Assembly: GCA_902792815.1 (NCBI GenBank)
Contig: CADBAY010000005.1
Location: forward strand, 44,504-108,503
Direction of reading: 5' to 3'
Length of the DNA stretch: 64,000 bases
DNA from: an uncultured Bacteroidia bacterium
GTDB lineage: Bacteria > Bacteroidota > Bacteroidia > Bacteroidales > UBA932
Part shown: piece by piece, positions 1 through 9,805 of the stretch
Layout of the letters: each line of letters starts with the position of its first letter
Numbering within the stretch: position 1 is the stretch's first letter
Notes under the pieces: generated by a model
Databases searched by the model: none
The model's input: the letters and a program-made list of their open reading frames with translations, nothing else
What the model was told of the DNA's origin: nothing
Made by a program: the position numbers and the translations under genes

Positions 1-426
1 AAGCACCATGAGCGAATCTTTGAGCCAGAACACGGCCATTGATTCCTCTGCAGAATAACTTGTGGTCGGAAGCGGCATCTTGCCGGTGTCACGTCCTATG
101 CCGTACCAGCCGTATTCAGGGTGAGCGTTAATCATATCCGTAATCTCGTGTGCCTGGGCTTCCTGGAAACCTATTACCATGGGCTTCGCCTCGCCGAGCA
201 TCTTTATTACAGCCTTCTTGCGGTCTTTCCAGCCGGTTATGTCAACGCGGTTGTCAACGGCAACGTTAAAGGACATTATGGACAGGATACAATCGGTACG
301 TGCAGGCTTGGGAGGTGTGGCGGGAGTATCGGTGGGGTCTTCTTTTTCGGGTTCGGGCTCGACTACAGGGGCTTTCTGACAAGCTAAAACAGCAAGACAA
401 GCAAGTGCGGCAAAAAACTTCTTCAT
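1..426 (-). CDS. Endonuclease/exonuclease/phosphatase (EEP) family lipoprotein, N-terminal part; runs off the window edge
   Basis: Not in the ORF track; translated by hand from ATG at 426: MKKFFAALACLAVLACQK (lipobox), Pro-rich linker, then IMSFNV...IGFQEA...YGIGRD...ESMAVFW. No stop before position 1. Confidence 0.8.
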   Translation of the reverse strand, partial: MKKFFAALACLAVLACQKAPVVEPEPEKEDPTDTPATPPKPARTDCILSIMSFNVAVDNRVDITGWKDRKKAVIKMLGEAKPMVIGFQEAQAHEITDMINAHPEYGWYGIGRDTGKMPLPTTSYSAEESMAVFWLKDSLMVL

Positions 427-449
427 ATAACGGTCATTAGTTTAGGATG

Positions 450-457
450 CAAAGATA
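450..457 (-). promoter_or_regulatory. Bacteroidetes -7 promoter element (TAtcTTTG) for the EEP gene
   Basis: Exact TAnnTTTG match on the minus strand, 24 nt above the ATG at 426. Confidence 0.6.
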
Positions 458-468
458 CTGAATTCTTT

Positions 469-2577
469 CTATTTGAAAACATAGCTTATACTGTACAGAT
501 TCTGCGAATCGCCTCCGTAGAGCAGGTCCCACTCTCCGTGGAGCGGTTCCATCCGTCCGCTCTCTTCGTTCCACCAGGTAAACGTGTCTTCGGTCAGCGG
601 TATTTTAACGTCAATGCTTTCTCCGGCCTTGATGCTTACCTTATTGAATCCCCTTAAGCTGAGGCGCGGGCCTGCAGGATCATCAGTCCTGCGGACATAC
701 AGCTGGACTGTTTCTGATGCGTCGCACCCGCCCGTGTTGGTGACAGGAATTATAATATGTCCGCGCCTTACCGAGGCCTTGCCGTATTCAAAATAGGTAT
801 AGCTCAGGCCGAATCCGAAGGGGAAGAGGGGCTTTCCGCCGAAAAAGCGGTATGTCCGCCCTTGCATGTCGTAATTCTCATAGTCGGGAAGGTCGGCGAT
901 GCTGCGGTAGAAAGTAACGGGCAGTTTGCCGGAGGGGCATACGTCGCCAAACAGTACATCGGCAATTGCGGTACCGCCTTCCTGCCCGGGATACCAGGCC
1001 TGAAGGATGGCCGCGCAGCTTTGTGTCTCCCTCTCAAGACCGACTGCGCTGCCGGAGAAATTGACCAGGATCACAGTCTTGCCGGCGCTATGGAGGGCTT
1101 CCAGCAGCTCCCTCTGAACGGCAGGCAACTCTATGTCGGTGCGGTCTCCGCCCTTGAAGCCGGGGAGCTCCACCTCCATCTGCTCGCCTTCGAGAGCGGG
1201 GGAGAGGCCGCCTGCAAATATCACTGTATCAATCCCTTCGAGCTGCTCCAGCAGATTCGCCGGAATAACCTTCCCGGCAACGTGCTGGCAGCCTTGGATG
1301 TAAGTAAGGGATGGAATCCTTTGCAGCAAAGCGTCTTTTAGCGTGACGGTAGAGCGCGGAATGCCGTTGTAGTTGCCCCACTGCATGGCGGCATTGTCGG
1401 CGTTGGGGCCGAGGAGCGCGATGCGGGAACACTTCCCGAGCGGGAGGACTTCGTTTTTGTTCTGGAGAAGTACCAGCGATTCGTGCGCCATCTTCAGCGA
1501 CAGGGCCCTATGTGAGTCGCTTTCAATTATAGCGGTGTCCAGTTTGCTCCAGGGGTCTTTGGCATCAAGTTCTCCAAGGCGGATCCGCTCGCAGAGTACC
1601 CGCTCCAGGCTTCTGTCCACGGTGGCCTCGTCAAGTAATCCTGCACTTACTGCCTCGGGGATGTGGCGGTAGGAGTCGCCGCATTCAAGGTCAACTCCGT
1701 TGTTCAGGGCCGCCGCTACGGCATGGGCGGCGTCGGGACTGTAGCCGTGACGGCCTTGGACAAAAAAGTCGTGAACGGCCCAGCAGTCCGATACCACCAG
1801 CCCGCTGAAGCCCCACTCGCCCCGCAGGATGCTGTTCACCAGATAGTCGCTGGCTCCGCACGGGTGGCCTCTGAAGCGGTTGTAGGCAATCATCACTTCT
1901 TTGACTTCGGCTTTGGTAACAAGTTCTTTGAATGCGGGCAGATATGTTTCGCGGAGATCTCTCTCCGAGGGGTTTACATCGAATTCATGCCTGTTCCATT
2001 CAGGCCCTGAGTGCACTGCAAAGTGCTTGGCGCAAGCGTGGGCTTTGAGCACAGGGGCGTCGGAAGGACCTTGCAGTCCGCGCACTACGGCCGATCCCAT
2101 CATGGCGGTCAGGTAGGGATCCTCGCCATAGGTTTCCATGCCGCGGCCCCAGCGAGGGTCACGGAAGATATTGATATTGGGAGTCCAGAATGTAAGTCCC
2201 TGATAATTACCCACGAAGCCTTGTTCCCGCGCCTGGCGGTTCTTGACGCGTGCCTCGTCGCTTACCACCGTGAATACTTCTTCCAGCAGCGGGACGTTGA
2301 ACGATGCCGCCATCCCTATGGGCATTGGAAAAACGGTGGCGCTGCCGTTGCGCGCTACCCCGTGAAGCGCCTCGTTCCACCAGTTGTACGCCGGAATACC
2401 CAGGGAGTCGATGGGTGCGCTGCCGTGCATCAGCAGCGAAGCCTTCTGCTCAATGTTCAGATGATCAATTATTTGCCTCGCTCTCTCCAGCGCGGCCTCT
2501 TTGCGCTGGATGCCTGAGCATGAGGTCAGGGCCAAAATGACACTGACCGCAAGTGCTGTTGACCGGATTGATTTCAT
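469..2577 (-). CDS. GH3 beta-glucosidase/beta-xylosidase, secreted lipoprotein
   Basis: WTPNINIFRDPRWGRGMETYGEDP, CAKHFAVH and VSDCWA (nucleophile) motifs, plus a C-terminal Fn3-like region. Start moved to MKSIRS at 2577 (lipobox LTSC; promoter at 2596-2603). Confidence 0.92.
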   Translation of the reverse strand: MKSIRSTALAVSVILALTSCSGIQRKEAALERARQIIDHLNIEQKASLLMHGSAPIDSLGIPAYNWWNEALHGVARNGSATVFPMPIGMAASFNVPLLEEVFTVVSDEARVKNRQAREQGFVGNYQGLTFWTPNINIFRDPRWGRGMETYGEDPYLTAMMGSAVVRGLQGPSDAPVLKAHACAKHFAVHSGPEWNRHEFDVNPSERDLRETYLPAFKELVTKAEVKEVMIAYNRFRGHPCGASDYLVNSILRGEWGFSGLVVSDCWAVHDFFVQGRHGYSPDAAHAVAAALNNGVDLECGDSYRHIPEAVSAGLLDEATVDRSLERVLCERIRLGELDAKDPWSKLDTAIIESDSHRALSLKMAHESLVLLQNKNEVLPLGKCSRIALLGPNADNAAMQWGNYNGIPRSTVTLKDALLQRIPSLTYIQGCQHVAGKVIPANLLEQLEGIDTVIFAGGLSPALEGEQMEVELPGFKGGDRTDIELPAVQRELLEALHSAGKTVILVNFSGSAVGLERETQSCAAILQAWYPGQEGGTAIADVLFGDVCPSGKLPVTFYRSIADLPDYENYDMQGRTYRFFGGKPLFPFGFGLSYTYFEYGKASVRRGHIIIPVTNTGGCDASETVQLYVRRTDDPAGPRLSLRGFNKVSIKAGESIDVKIPLTEDTFTWWNEESGRMEPLHGEWDLLYGGDSQNLYSISYVFK

Positions 2578-2595
2578 ATTCTGAATTAAGATTAT

Positions 2596-2603
2596 CAAAG
2601 TTA
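2596..2603 (-). promoter_or_regulatory. -7 promoter element (TAacTTTG) for GH3
   Basis: Exact consensus on the minus strand above ATG 2577; divergent from the tRNA promoter. Confidence 0.6.
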
Positions 2604-2621
2604 ACAAAAAGCCAAAAAAGA

Positions 2622-2653
2622 TTTGCAAGATATCAGAAAAAGTTATACATTTG
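2622..2653 (+). promoter_or_regulatory. Bacteroidetes -33/-7 promoter of the tRNA
   Basis: TTTG at 2622-2625 and TAcaTTTG at 2646-2653, 20 nt apart, 10 nt before the tRNA. Confidence 0.75.
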
Positions 2654-2663
2654 CGGTCCAATT

Positions 2664-2736
2664 CTGGATGTGGCGCAGTTGGTAGCGCACCTGGTTAGGG
2701 ACCAGGAGGTCGCTGGTTCAAGTCCAGTCATCCAGA
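2664..2736 (+). tRNA. tRNA-Pro, anticodon AGG (2697-2699); CCA not encoded
   Basis: Full cloverleaf folded by hand: acceptor CTGGATG/CATCCAG with A73, D stem GCGC/GCGC, anticodon stem CCTGG/CCAGG with loop TTAGGGA, T arm GCTGG-TTCAAGT-CCAGT. Pro identity elements C1-G72, A73, G35, G36 and G37 are present. Confidence 0.93.
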
Positions 2737-2746
2737 CAATGGCTTT

Positions 2747-2784
2747 ACAGGCACTTGCGGAAACGCAGGTGCTTGTTCTTTTTT
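2747..2784 (+). terminator. Intrinsic terminator after the tRNA
   Basis: ACAGGCACTTGCG-GAAA-CGCAGGTGCTTGT stem with a GNRA loop, followed by TCTTTTTT. Confidence 0.8.
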
Positions 2785-2837
2785 GTGCTCCCCGCATTAA
2801 TCACTGAACTTTTTTATAGTTTGACAAGATATTTTAT

Positions 2838-2845
2838 TATATTTG
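2838..2845 (+). promoter_or_regulatory. -7 element (TAtaTTTG) for the SusC locus
   Basis: Exact consensus 23 nt above the SusC ATG; no correctly spaced -33 seen. Confidence 0.55.
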
Positions 2846-2868
2846 TAAGTCAACTGTAGTAGTGTATT

Positions 2869-5800
2869 ATGTCTATCTATAACGGGGTATTCACCAAACT
2901 CCTGACGCTTGTTGTAATATTAGTGTCATTATCCGCTCCTACCTTGCAGGCCCAGAACACCCGCCAGGTAAAGGGAACTGTATATGACGAGACAGGGGAG
3001 CCCTTCCCTGGAGTAATCGTTATGAGCCGTAAGCATAAACTCGCCGCCACTACCGATATAGACGGTAAGTTCATCTTGTCGGGAGTTCCTGCAGATGCTG
3101 TACTTTCGGTGGAGATAATGAGTTACAAGACTCAGGAGATTCGTGTAGCCGATATTAAAAAAGATCTGAAAATCTATCTTGAGCCGGACAGCCAGGTTCT
3201 GGAAGAGTCGGTGGTTACCGGTATTTTTACGCGTAAGAAAGACAGTTTCACCGGCTCGGTACAGTCCATGACAAGCGAGGATATCAAGAGGGTTTCCAAC
3301 AGCAATGTGGTTGAGTCACTCAAAAACCTCGACCCTTCGCTGCTTGTTTTGGACAACCTTGAAGCGGGTTCCAACCCCAATGCCATGGCCTCGATGCAGA
3401 TCCGCGGCGCATCCACGCTGGCCGCCGAGACCTCCAACCTCAAGAGCAACTTCCTGGCCAAAGCCAACCAGCCTCTCTTCATCCTTGACGGTTTTGAAAC
3501 AACTCTGGAGAAGGTGACCGATATGGATATGAACCGTGTCCAGAGCATAACTATCCTTAAAGACGCTTCCGCCAAGGCAATCTACGGCTCGAAGGGTGCC
3601 AACGGCGTCATCGTCATCGAGACCAAGGCGCTCACCAACGACAAGAGCCGTGTCACCTACAACGGAAGTCTCTCTATCGAGGCTCCGGACCTTACGAGTT
3701 ACAATCTGTGCAACTCCCTCGAGAAACTGGATGTGGAAAGGCGCGAGGGCTACTATCAGAACGGCGATTCCTTCGAGACCGTGGCCCGGCAGGCCCTATA
3801 CAACGAAAGGCTTAAGAAGGCCCTGGAAGGCCAGGATACTTACTGGCTCTCCAAACCTCTGCGGCTTGGAATCGGGCAGAAACACTCCGTGAGTATCGAA
3901 CTTGGTTCCAAGGAACTGAGGGCCCTGGCTACTTTCTCTTACAACGACACCCAGGGGGCAATGAAAGGCTCTTTCCGTGACGTGATCTCCGGCAATGTGA
4001 ACGTGGCATACAGGCGCGGCGGATGGACTTTCCGTAACATCATGGGCATCTCGCACATGAACAGCTCCGAGTCTCCTTGGGGCAACTTCAACGAGTATGC
4101 GGTCCTGAATCCATACCTCACCCCCTACGATGAGGAAGGAAATCTCAAGAAAGTGCTTCAGATAAAGGATTATACGTACGGTGGGGTATCCACTTTCTTC
4201 GGACTTGTAATGAACCCTATGTACAACGCTACGATAGGCACTACCGACACAAGCCAGTATCTTGCCATATCCGACAATTTCTACGCCGAGTACCAGTTCC
4301 TCAAATTCCTGCGCCTGGTAGCCCGTTTCGGTATTGATTCCCAGAAGACCAGGACCGATGAGTTCAAGCCGGGGCAGCATACCGACTTCTACGACACCAA
4401 CGAAATCCTGCGGCGAGGCAGCTACGAGCAGTCGAACGGAAGCTATACCACCTACTCGGGCGACGTGTCGGCGCAGCTCAACCACAATATTGCCGGCAAG
4501 CACGACCTCTTCGCCACCCTTGACTGGAGCATCTCCCAGACCAACTACGAGGAGATAGTCAACTACACGGAAGGCTTCCCGAACAGCAACATGAAGAGCA
4601 TCACCTTCGCCCGCCAGTATGCCACGGATATGGTGCCCACGGGCAGTGACGGCCTGAACAGGAACCTCGGAGCCCTTGCCACTGCGGGCTACAGCTATGA
4701 CAACCGTTATATGGCGGACGCAACCATCAAGGGCAGCGCTTCTTCCGTTTTCGGCACCAAAAACCACTGGGGCCTATTCTGGAGCGCCGGCCTTGCCTGG
4801 AACATCCACAACGAGCGCTGGATGAAGGACAAGGTGTCCTGGATCACACAGCTGAAACTCAGGGCCAGCCTTGGGTCTTCCGGCAACCAGAACTACACCA
4901 GCAATGTGGCCCTGCCAGTATATACCTACTACTCTTCCGCATACTACAGCGGTTTCACCGGAGCTGCGTTGAACAATATGGCCAATCCCGAGTTGGGCTG
5001 GGAGGAAAAAATGGACTACAACGTGGGAATCGATTTCCGCACCAGGTCGCTTAACGTAGTCCTGGATGCGTATATCGCCGATACCCGGAACCTTGTATTC
5101 TCCAGGACCATACTGCCGTCCACCGGATTCTTGTCCACCAACGACAACCTCGGCAAGGTCCGAAACAAGGGTCTGGAGGCCAGCGTGAGCTGGACCTTCT
5201 ACCGCCGGGGGGCGTCGTACATCAGCCTGTTCAGCAAAACCGCGATTAACGACAACAGGGTGCTGGAAATCTCCGACGTCCTCAAGTCCTACAATGAGCA
5301 GCAGCAGGCGCGTGCGAAGGAAACCGGAATGGCCGATCCCGTAATCCAATACTACGACGGTATGCCCCTGCACTCGATCTGGGTGGTACGCTCACTCGGA
5401 ATCAACTCGGCCGATGGCTATGAGATCTTCCTGGACAGGAACGGCAACATCACCACTCAATGGAGTCCTTCCAACCTATATAATGCGGGATCGTCCGACC
5501 CGCTGTTCAACGGTAACTTCGGCATCAACGGAGAAGTCAAAGGCTTCGGATTCAGCCTCACTGCCACTTTCTATGGCGGAGGCTATCTCTACAACAATAC
5601 TCTCCTGAACAAGGTCGAGAACACCACTCTCGAAAACAATGTGGACAGGAGGGTATTCAGCGGCCGCTGGGCCAAGGCCGGAGACGTGGCGCCGTTCAAA
5701 GCGCAGAGCGGGATAGGGGGTGCCGTTACCAAGGCTACCAGCCGCTTCGTCCAGAAGAACGACGTGCTCAACCTTTCCTCCGCCACCCTGTACTATGAGT

Positions 5801-5955
5801 TCCCGCTGCGAGTGATAAGTGGCCTGGGGCTCAGCCGCCTGCGGCTCAGCCTGTACACGAACGACATCTTCACATTCTCTTCGATAGATATCGAAAGGGG
5901 TACGTCCTACCCCTACGCCAGAAAGTTCTCCTTTAGTGTAAATGCCTCATTCTGA
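2869..5955 (+). CDS. SusC/RagA-family TonB-dependent outer membrane transporter
   Basis: Signal peptide, carboxypeptidase-regulatory-like N-domain, plug motif (ILKDASAKAIYGSKGANGVIVIETK), NPELGWEEK, C-terminal Phe; 1028 aa. Confidence 0.95.
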   Translation: MSIYNGVFTKLLTLVVILVSLSAPTLQAQNTRQVKGTVYDETGEPFPGVIVMSRKHKLAATTDIDGKFILSGVPADAVLSVEIMSYKTQEIRVADIKKDLKIYLEPDSQVLEESVVTGIFTRKKDSFTGSVQSMTSEDIKRVSNSNVVESLKNLDPSLLVLDNLEAGSNPNAMASMQIRGASTLAAETSNLKSNFLAKANQPLFILDGFETTLEKVTDMDMNRVQSITILKDASAKAIYGSKGANGVIVIETKALTNDKSRVTYNGSLSIEAPDLTSYNLCNSLEKLDVERREGYYQNGDSFETVARQALYNERLKKALEGQDTYWLSKPLRLGIGQKHSVSIELGSKELRALATFSYNDTQGAMKGSFRDVISGNVNVAYRRGGWTFRNIMGISHMNSSESPWGNFNEYAVLNPYLTPYDEEGNLKKVLQIKDYTYGGVSTFFGLVMNPMYNATIGTTDTSQYLAISDNFYAEYQFLKFLRLVARFGIDSQKTRTDEFKPGQHTDFYDTNEILRRGSYEQSNGSYTTYSGDVSAQLNHNIAGKHDLFATLDWSISQTNYEEIVNYTEGFPNSNMKSITFARQYATDMVPTGSDGLNRNLGALATAGYSYDNRYMADATIKGSASSVFGTKNHWGLFWSAGLAWNIHNERWMKDKVSWITQLKLRASLGSSGNQNYTSNVALPVYTYYSSAYYSGFTGAALNNMANPELGWEEKMDYNVGIDFRTRSLNVVLDAYIADTRNLVFSRTILPSTGFLSTNDNLGKVRNKGLEASVSWTFYRRGASYISLFSKTAINDNRVLEISDVLKSYNEQQQARAKETGMADPVIQYYDGMPLHSIWVVRSLGINSADGYEIFLDRNGNITTQWSPSNLYNAGSSDPLFNGNFGINGEVKGFGFSLTATFYGGGYLYNNTLLNKVENTTLENNVDRRVFSGRWAKAGDVAPFKAQSGIGGAVTKATSRFVQKNDVLNLSSATLYYEFPLRVISGLGLSRLRLSLYTNDIFTFSSIDIERGTSYPYARKFSFSVNASF

Positions 5956-5962
5956 TTGTATT

Positions 5963-7483
5963 ATGACAAAGATAACAAAGCTACTGGCGTATTTGCTGAT
6001 CGCCCTTGGAAGCCTTCAGTCATGCAATAAATGGCTGGAAGCCACTTCCTCCACTCAGGTGTCGGACATCACCCTCTTCTCGTCCAGAAGCGGATTCCAG
6101 GACGCACTCTGCGGGGTGTATATCAGTATGGGCGACGAGTCCGAATATGGCGAGGCGTGGACCTGGTATGTCAACGATTTGGCATACGGCCCTTATGCCC
6201 AGCAGTCCAGCCCAATCTTCACGGCCATACAGAACCACGACTGGGACAACTATTCCGTGGCCACCATCACGGAAAGGATGTGGAGAGTGGGATATTTTTC
6301 GATAGCAAATGCCAACAAGGTCCTCTATGAGCTTGAGGCCAAGCCCGATATCGTGTCCGACCGGATAGAGCGGAACTTGATGAAGGGCGAGCTTCTGGGC
6401 CTGCGCGCATACATCCATTTCGACCTTATGCGTATGTTCGGCCTCGCCCAGCTGGGGGAAGACGACTACGAAAAATACACAGTGCCATACGTAACTACCT
6501 ACGATAAGGAGCCTGCTCCGCAGAGGACCTACCGGGAGACATTGACCCTTCTGGAGAAAGACCTTGACGAGGCAATCACTCTTCTCGAAGAAGATCCGGT
6601 GCGTGGCAACGCTTCCGCGGAGTTCATGGCCAATGCCAATGCAGACGGCTTCTGGGATGCCAGGGACAAGAGGATGAATTATTTCGCCGCCAAGGCGCTC
6701 AAGGCAAGGGTCCTCCTGTTCCGCGGCGAACTGGATGCGGCCGCAGCCGCTGCCCGTGGGGTGATAGATGAAGCCAATGCCGCAGGAGCCTTCAAATGGG
6801 TTGACGCCGAGGCCATGACCAAAGCCACCTCCAATGATGTCGTGGACTGGACCTTCTCTTCCGAGCAGCTTTTCGCGCTGGAGGTCAGCAATCTGCAGTC
6901 GATGACAGACCTATATATCTTCAACGCTCTCGGCTCCGGGTCGTCCTCGATACTTGTGGATAGGAACGTTTGTGGCGTGGCACCATACAATTTGGCAAGC
7001 ATCGCCTCTTCCGAGGATATCAGGGGCCCTGCCTTGATGCTGAAATTCTTCGCAAGCCAGTATCGCCCTTACAAGTATTACAATAACTCTTCATACTATT
7101 CGGGCTACAGGAACCGCGTGCCGATGATCAAAATTTCCGAAATGTATATGATTATCGCGGAAGTGGCGGCGGAAAAGCAAGACCAGGAAACCATGCTCCA
7201 GGCATTGACCGAAGTCAGAAGCCACCGTGGAATTCAGGATCCCTCTCCTTTTCTCGACGATCCGAACTTCGCCAGCCCCAATGCCTTTCTATCCGGAGTG
7301 CTTATGGAATATGTAAGGGAATTCCTGGGGGAAAGCGTCGGGTACTTTGCTGCCAGACGTATCCCCGCAAAGGCGCGGTTTTGGATAAATATCGATAACG
7401 ACTGGCGTTTCAGGATGCAATCGCTCACTCCCTATCCTTATCCCACAGATGAATTGTCATACGGAAGACATCAAGACTTATGA
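5963..7483 (+). CDS. SusD/RagB-family lipoprotein
   Basis: Lipobox LQSC; GELLGLRAYIHFDLMRMFG, AAKALKARVLL, IKISEMYMIIAE and EYVREFLGE motifs; directly after SusC. Start moved to MTKITK. Confidence 0.93.
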   Translation: MTKITKLLAYLLIALGSLQSCNKWLEATSSTQVSDITLFSSRSGFQDALCGVYISMGDESEYGEAWTWYVNDLAYGPYAQQSSPIFTAIQNHDWDNYSVATITERMWRVGYFSIANANKVLYELEAKPDIVSDRIERNLMKGELLGLRAYIHFDLMRMFGLAQLGEDDYEKYTVPYVTTYDKEPAPQRTYRETLTLLEKDLDEAITLLEEDPVRGNASAEFMANANADGFWDARDKRMNYFAAKALKARVLLFRGELDAAAAAARGVIDEANAAGAFKWVDAEAMTKATSNDVVDWTFSSEQLFALEVSNLQSMTDLYIFNALGSGSSSILVDRNVCGVAPYNLASIASSEDIRGPALMLKFFASQYRPYKYYNNSSYYSGYRNRVPMIKISEMYMIIAEVAAEKQDQETMLQALTEVRSHRGIQDPSPFLDDPNFASPNAFLSGVLMEYVREFLGESVGYFAARRIPAKARFWINIDNDWRFRMQSLTPYPYPTDELSYGRHQDL

Positions 7484-8268
7484 AACGGTTTTTACTTTTA
7501 AGTGTCGCAACGCTATTGTGCTGCCTGGCCTGCAAGAAAAGCGAGATTCAGACTTTCAAGGTGGAAGACTGTTCGGTTTCGTTCAACGGAATAGAGAATT
7601 CATTCTCTTTAAGGGGATGGACGGAAGAGTTCAAGGACCTTCACGTTCCCGTGAAAGTGTTGGGCATTCCCGTCGATTATGACCGGGAGATTACGCTGGA
7701 CATCCGTGACTCCATCGCCACCGCTGCAGATTACCAGGTGCTCTCTTCCGTGGTAAAAGCCGGCGAACTCAAAACAAATATAATAGTGAGGGCAAAAGCT
7801 CTGCCGGATGACGTGGAGCAGAAGGTGATAATAATGAGCATAGTGCCCAATGATTATTTCCGTGTCGGCGAGCCTAATTACCAGAAGGCGATAGTAAAAT
7901 GGACCAACTCCTACGCCAGGCCCGTACCGGACGTGTGGAAGAACTGGTACCTTTACATAAGTACTGGCTACAGCAAGGCTCTTCATAAAATCCTTGTGGC
8001 CGAATACGGTGACGAGATCGACTTCTGTGTCAGGCAAAAGTCGGCAGTCACTCCCGAGAACGGACTGATATATAAGGACCCTACCTGGTGGAGCGCCCTC
8101 AACAAGAGGGTGAGGGAAATAGTCCGTGACCACGACCTGTTGCATCCTGATGACCCGTATATGCACAGCGATGATTATGAAGACTATCCCAATTCCTCGA
8201 CCCCTGTAGGGCAGGGTAGGAAGCCCGCAGTGATTCCCACCATCTATTCAACTCTAGTGTCCATATGA
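7480..8268 (+). CDS. DUF4843-like lipoprotein
   Basis: Lipobox CLAC; ATGA overlap with SusD; GYSKALH-type motif and position typical of this locus type. Confidence 0.65.
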   Translation: MKRFLLLSVATLLCCLACKKSEIQTFKVEDCSVSFNGIENSFSLRGWTEEFKDLHVPVKVLGIPVDYDREITLDIRDSIATAADYQVLSSVVKAGELKTNIIVRAKALPDDVEQKVIIMSIVPNDYFRVGEPNYQKAIVKWTNSYARPVPDVWKNWYLYISTGYSKALHKILVAEYGDEIDFCVRQKSAVTPENGLIYKDPTWWSALNKRVREIVRDHDLLHPDDPYMHSDDYEDYPNSSTPVGQGRKPAVIPTIYSTLVSI

Positions 8269-9803
8269 TCAAGCGATTTGCAATATTGGCCATTCCCCTT
8301 GCGCTTATGCTCTCGTGTTATAAAGACCTTAGCACGGAGGCGACCAGGGAGCTCCCCGGAATAGAAATCACCGGGGTGCCGGATACTCTTGACGTCCTGT
8401 TCGGAGATGAGATTCAGCTACACGCCGTCGCCACTCTGGGAGGGGAAGAGTATGACGGCTTTGAATATGAATGGGCCATTGATTTCAAGCCCGGAGTCAG
8501 CAAAGACAGGATGAGCCTGTCGGAAACGCAGGATGTGTCCTACAGGGTAGCCAACAGCCCCAATGCCTCCCCCTATTGCCTGTCATTTACGGCTACCGAC
8601 ACCCAAAGCGGCCTGTCCAAGACCGTCAGTTGCTTCGTGTTCGTGAATTCTTCTTTGGGAGAAGGGGTGTTGGTTGCCCATACCCGTGACGGCGGAATGA
8701 CCAGCGATTTCGACCTTCTGGCCAATAAATTTGTAACTTACGGCTATACGAGCGACGCCCCCAGATACACCAGAAACATTTTCGAACTGGCCAACGGGCA
8801 GCCTATGCAGGGACGGGTGAACACTTTGATTTCGTCCGTGCGTACCGACGGAACCGTATATAACGAGACCCTCGTCCTTGTGGGCACCGATGAGCATCTG
8901 TTCGCGCTCGACCCCCTGACCTTCACGGTGGCCAAGCAGGACGGGGCCCTGTTCAACGGTTTCAAAGAATCCACCTTCGAAGTCCACAACCTGATCAACT
9001 ACGGCCAGATAATGACCGCAGCCCAGATCAACGGCAAACTGTGGCTCAATATCTGCCATACCAACAACACCTTCAACATAGCCGGCTATAGCGGCATCCC
9101 TTCCGATGTGTTCACTCCGACCAATGTCGGCTACTCGTATGCGGTTCAGCAGAGCGATGTGGCATTTTTCAACGAAGCTGAAGGCAAATTCTATTATATG
9201 CACGCTCAGTTCTCCGGCTATGCCAGCTTTGCGCAGGTGACCGATCCTATTGGAGCCGATCTGGCGGGAGGCAAGTGTCTCTGGGCCGGTGCCGGCAGGG
9301 ACGCGCGTTGCGCATTCCTGATCGAGGACGCGGGCGGCAAGCATCACATTGTAAATATCCACCCCAGCATTAAGGAAATGGTTCATTACTCCCTGGAAGC
9401 CTCCCAGTGGCTGCCGGACGCTAAGTACTTTGCTTTCTGCGACAATGCCGACATAGTGTTTATGGCTACGGACAGCAAGGTCGCGTCCGTTACCATCATG
9501 GGCGGCAGTCCGGTTTACCGTGAAATCAACTGGAAACCCGATACTGGCGGGGAGATAATAACCGGCATTAAATTCTATACCCAGGGATGGTACGGAACCC
9601 ATGGATTCGATTACAATACCTATGATTTCCCTATCGCTACCAACCGGATGCAGATTATGATCTTTACTTACGATGAAGCGTCGGGAGAAGGAAAGATTTA
9701 CCTGCGTCCGTTCAACGTTAGTACCGGTCTGTTTACTTTCAAAGATAACGGAGTGTACGGCGGGTTCGGAAGAATAACGGCCGTAGCAACAACCTTCAAA
9801 TAA
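8265..9803 (+). CDS. PKD-like family lipoprotein
   Basis: Lipobox MLSC then YKDLS; Ig/PKD-like N-terminus (YEWAID); beta-rich C-terminus; ATGA overlap. Confidence 0.7.
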   Translation: MIKRFAILAIPLALMLSCYKDLSTEATRELPGIEITGVPDTLDVLFGDEIQLHAVATLGGEEYDGFEYEWAIDFKPGVSKDRMSLSETQDVSYRVANSPNASPYCLSFTATDTQSGLSKTVSCFVFVNSSLGEGVLVAHTRDGGMTSDFDLLANKFVTYGYTSDAPRYTRNIFELANGQPMQGRVNTLISSVRTDGTVYNETLVLVGTDEHLFALDPLTFTVAKQDGALFNGFKESTFEVHNLINYGQIMTAAQINGKLWLNICHTNNTFNIAGYSGIPSDVFTPTNVGYSYAVQQSDVAFFNEAEGKFYYMHAQFSGYASFAQVTDPIGADLAGGKCLWAGAGRDARCAFLIEDAGGKHHIVNIHPSIKEMVHYSLEASQWLPDAKYFAFCDNADIVFMATDSKVASVTIMGGSPVYREINWKPDTGGEIITGIKFYTQGWYGTHGFDYNTYDFPIATNRMQIMIFTYDEASGEGKIYLRPFNVSTGLFTFKDNGVYGGFGRITAVATTFK

Positions 9804-9805
9804 TT

